The notes beneath the pieces are model-generated. The model did no database searches. It was given only the letters and a program-made list of their open reading frames with translations, and was not told the origin of the DNA. The position numbers and the translations under genes are program-made. 64,000 nucleotides of DNA from a virus (Duplodnaviria > Caudoviricetes): positions 1 to 64,000 of the IMG/VR virus record IMGVR_UViG_3300028591_000141; one strand, 5' to 3'. Of this stretch, positions 63,128 through 64,000 are shown piece after piece; the first letter of the stretch is position 1; each line of letters begins with the position of its first letter.

Positions 63128-63361
63128 TTACGTATTGCATGGACAATCGTTCGTCCTAAAAGAACACTGCCCATTACATAAAGTGTTATACAACTTGCAA
63201 TACGGAACCGTTGCGCCCATATTCTGTTCCCATTCGACCATGGGACAATTCTTTTGAAGCTCTATTACTTTATTGCGAAACGCTAATGTTTCTGGATTAA
63301 ATGCATTGACTATTGCAGAATTTTGTCCATACAATACAGATAAAATGTCGTTGTTATTCAT
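63128..63361 (-). CDS. Cys-rich hypothetical protein
   Basis: GGTGAAGT leader. Confidence 0.55.
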   Translation of the reverse strand: MNNNDILSVLYGQNSAIVNAFNPETLAFRNKVIELQKNCPMVEWEQNMGATVPYCKLYNTLCNGQCSFRTNDCPCNT

Positions 63362-63376
63362 CCCACTTCACCGCCT

Positions 63377-63769
63377 TTAAGTTTCTTCACATGGTTCAAG
63401 TTTTGCACCGCAATGCGGACAATACTGATAGAAAATTCCTGCATCGTTGTACCTTGTTGGTTCTCCGCATACAGAACACCACCAGAATAAATCCGCATAT
63501 ACTCCCGGTCTTGAATAATGCCGTTCCCATTTCCCCTGTTTCGCTTCCTGCTCTTTCAGCAGTTTCTCAATCTGTTCATTCTTTTTGCGAATTAACTCAA
63601 CAGCATTCGTCAGTTCTGTTCCAAGATCGTCCTGCTCTTTCAGCAGGGCAAGGGCATCGTTAATCGTCTGCAGGAAATTCCGTGCCTGTTCAAATCCTAC
63701 ACGCCCCGCAATGAAACCGCCAATGTCATTCAGACCTTTGATAACCTTCTCCCTGTCTGGCATGTTCAA
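63377..63769 (-). CDS. Modular small protein (DREKVIKGL...LKEQ twice...YCPHCGAK)
   Basis: Shared motifs. Confidence 0.65.
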   Translation of the reverse strand: MNMPDREKVIKGLNDIGGFIAGRVGFEQARNFLQTINDALALLKEQDDLGTELTNAVELIRKKNEQIEKLLKEQEAKQGKWERHYSRPGVYADLFWWCSVCGEPTRYNDAGIFYQYCPHCGAKLEPCEET

Positions 63770-63981
63770 TCATTCCTTTCCACCGCAAGATGCGACTCAA
63801 AGTAGTTCAGCACCCGTCGCATCAGTTCCCCGCTTGGCTGGACATCTCCGTACACATACCGCCTGATCGTGCGCTCACACATACCAAGTTCTTCCGCAAG
63901 CATTTTCTGCGAGATACCGTATTCTTTCATGACTGACCGCAGCCACTCACCGAATTCGTTTGCTCCATATTTACAATGCAT
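63766..63981 (-). CDS. XRE-family HTH protein
   Basis: 'ISQKMLAEELGMCERTIRRY..G...PS'. Confidence 0.8.
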   Translation of the reverse strand: MHCKYGANEFGEWLRSVMKEYGISQKMLAEELGMCERTIRRYVYGDVQPSGELMRRVLNYFESHLAVERND

Positions 63982-64000
63982 CTTTTACCTCCGTACTACC

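Larger units (their letters stand above)
61751..64000 (-). mobile_element. Phage A continued (middle-gene array; runs off window)
   Basis: Lies outside the second direct repeat; same small-gene families as 27100-28098. Confidence 0.65.

Overview
The window is entirely temperate-phage DNA, probably of a Clostridia/Bacillota host (SigA promoters, AGGAGG RBSs, SPP1-type portal, Prp-type scaffold motif). No host genes are present. Two siphovirus genomes are nested. Phage A occupies 1-~27.8 kb and resumes at ~61.75 kb (tape measure, tail, lambda-E-type capsid, SPP1-type portal, TerL/TerS, four glycosyltransferases, DUF927 replication protein, PAPS-reductase-family gene and adenine MTase). Phage B is an apparently complete, circularly permuted 33,540-bp genome (HK97-type head, lysis, serine integrase with a symmetric attP-like site, immunity, VirE replication) lying between two copies of a 443-bp direct repeat; this is either a co-integrate or a repeat-induced assembly join. 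The most notable element is a ~4.8-kb island between phage A terL and terS that looks like a first-injected 'leading region'. It has a divergent repressor/operator switch, extreme GAG/CTC avoidance, a one-strand cluster of Chi-like AGCGG sites, a GP88-like protein, a stand-alone FtsK ATPase and a resolvase. Other highlights: poly-G frameshift sites in two adjacent DNA-modification genes, three late terminators sharing one motif, a tRNA-like RNA displaying a Shine-Dalgarno loop, a probable virion-glycosylation set, microhomology-shuffled small-gene arrays and a recombinase-flanked tail-tip cassette. All family calls come from motif recognition by eye and all counts are manual; no database searches were run.
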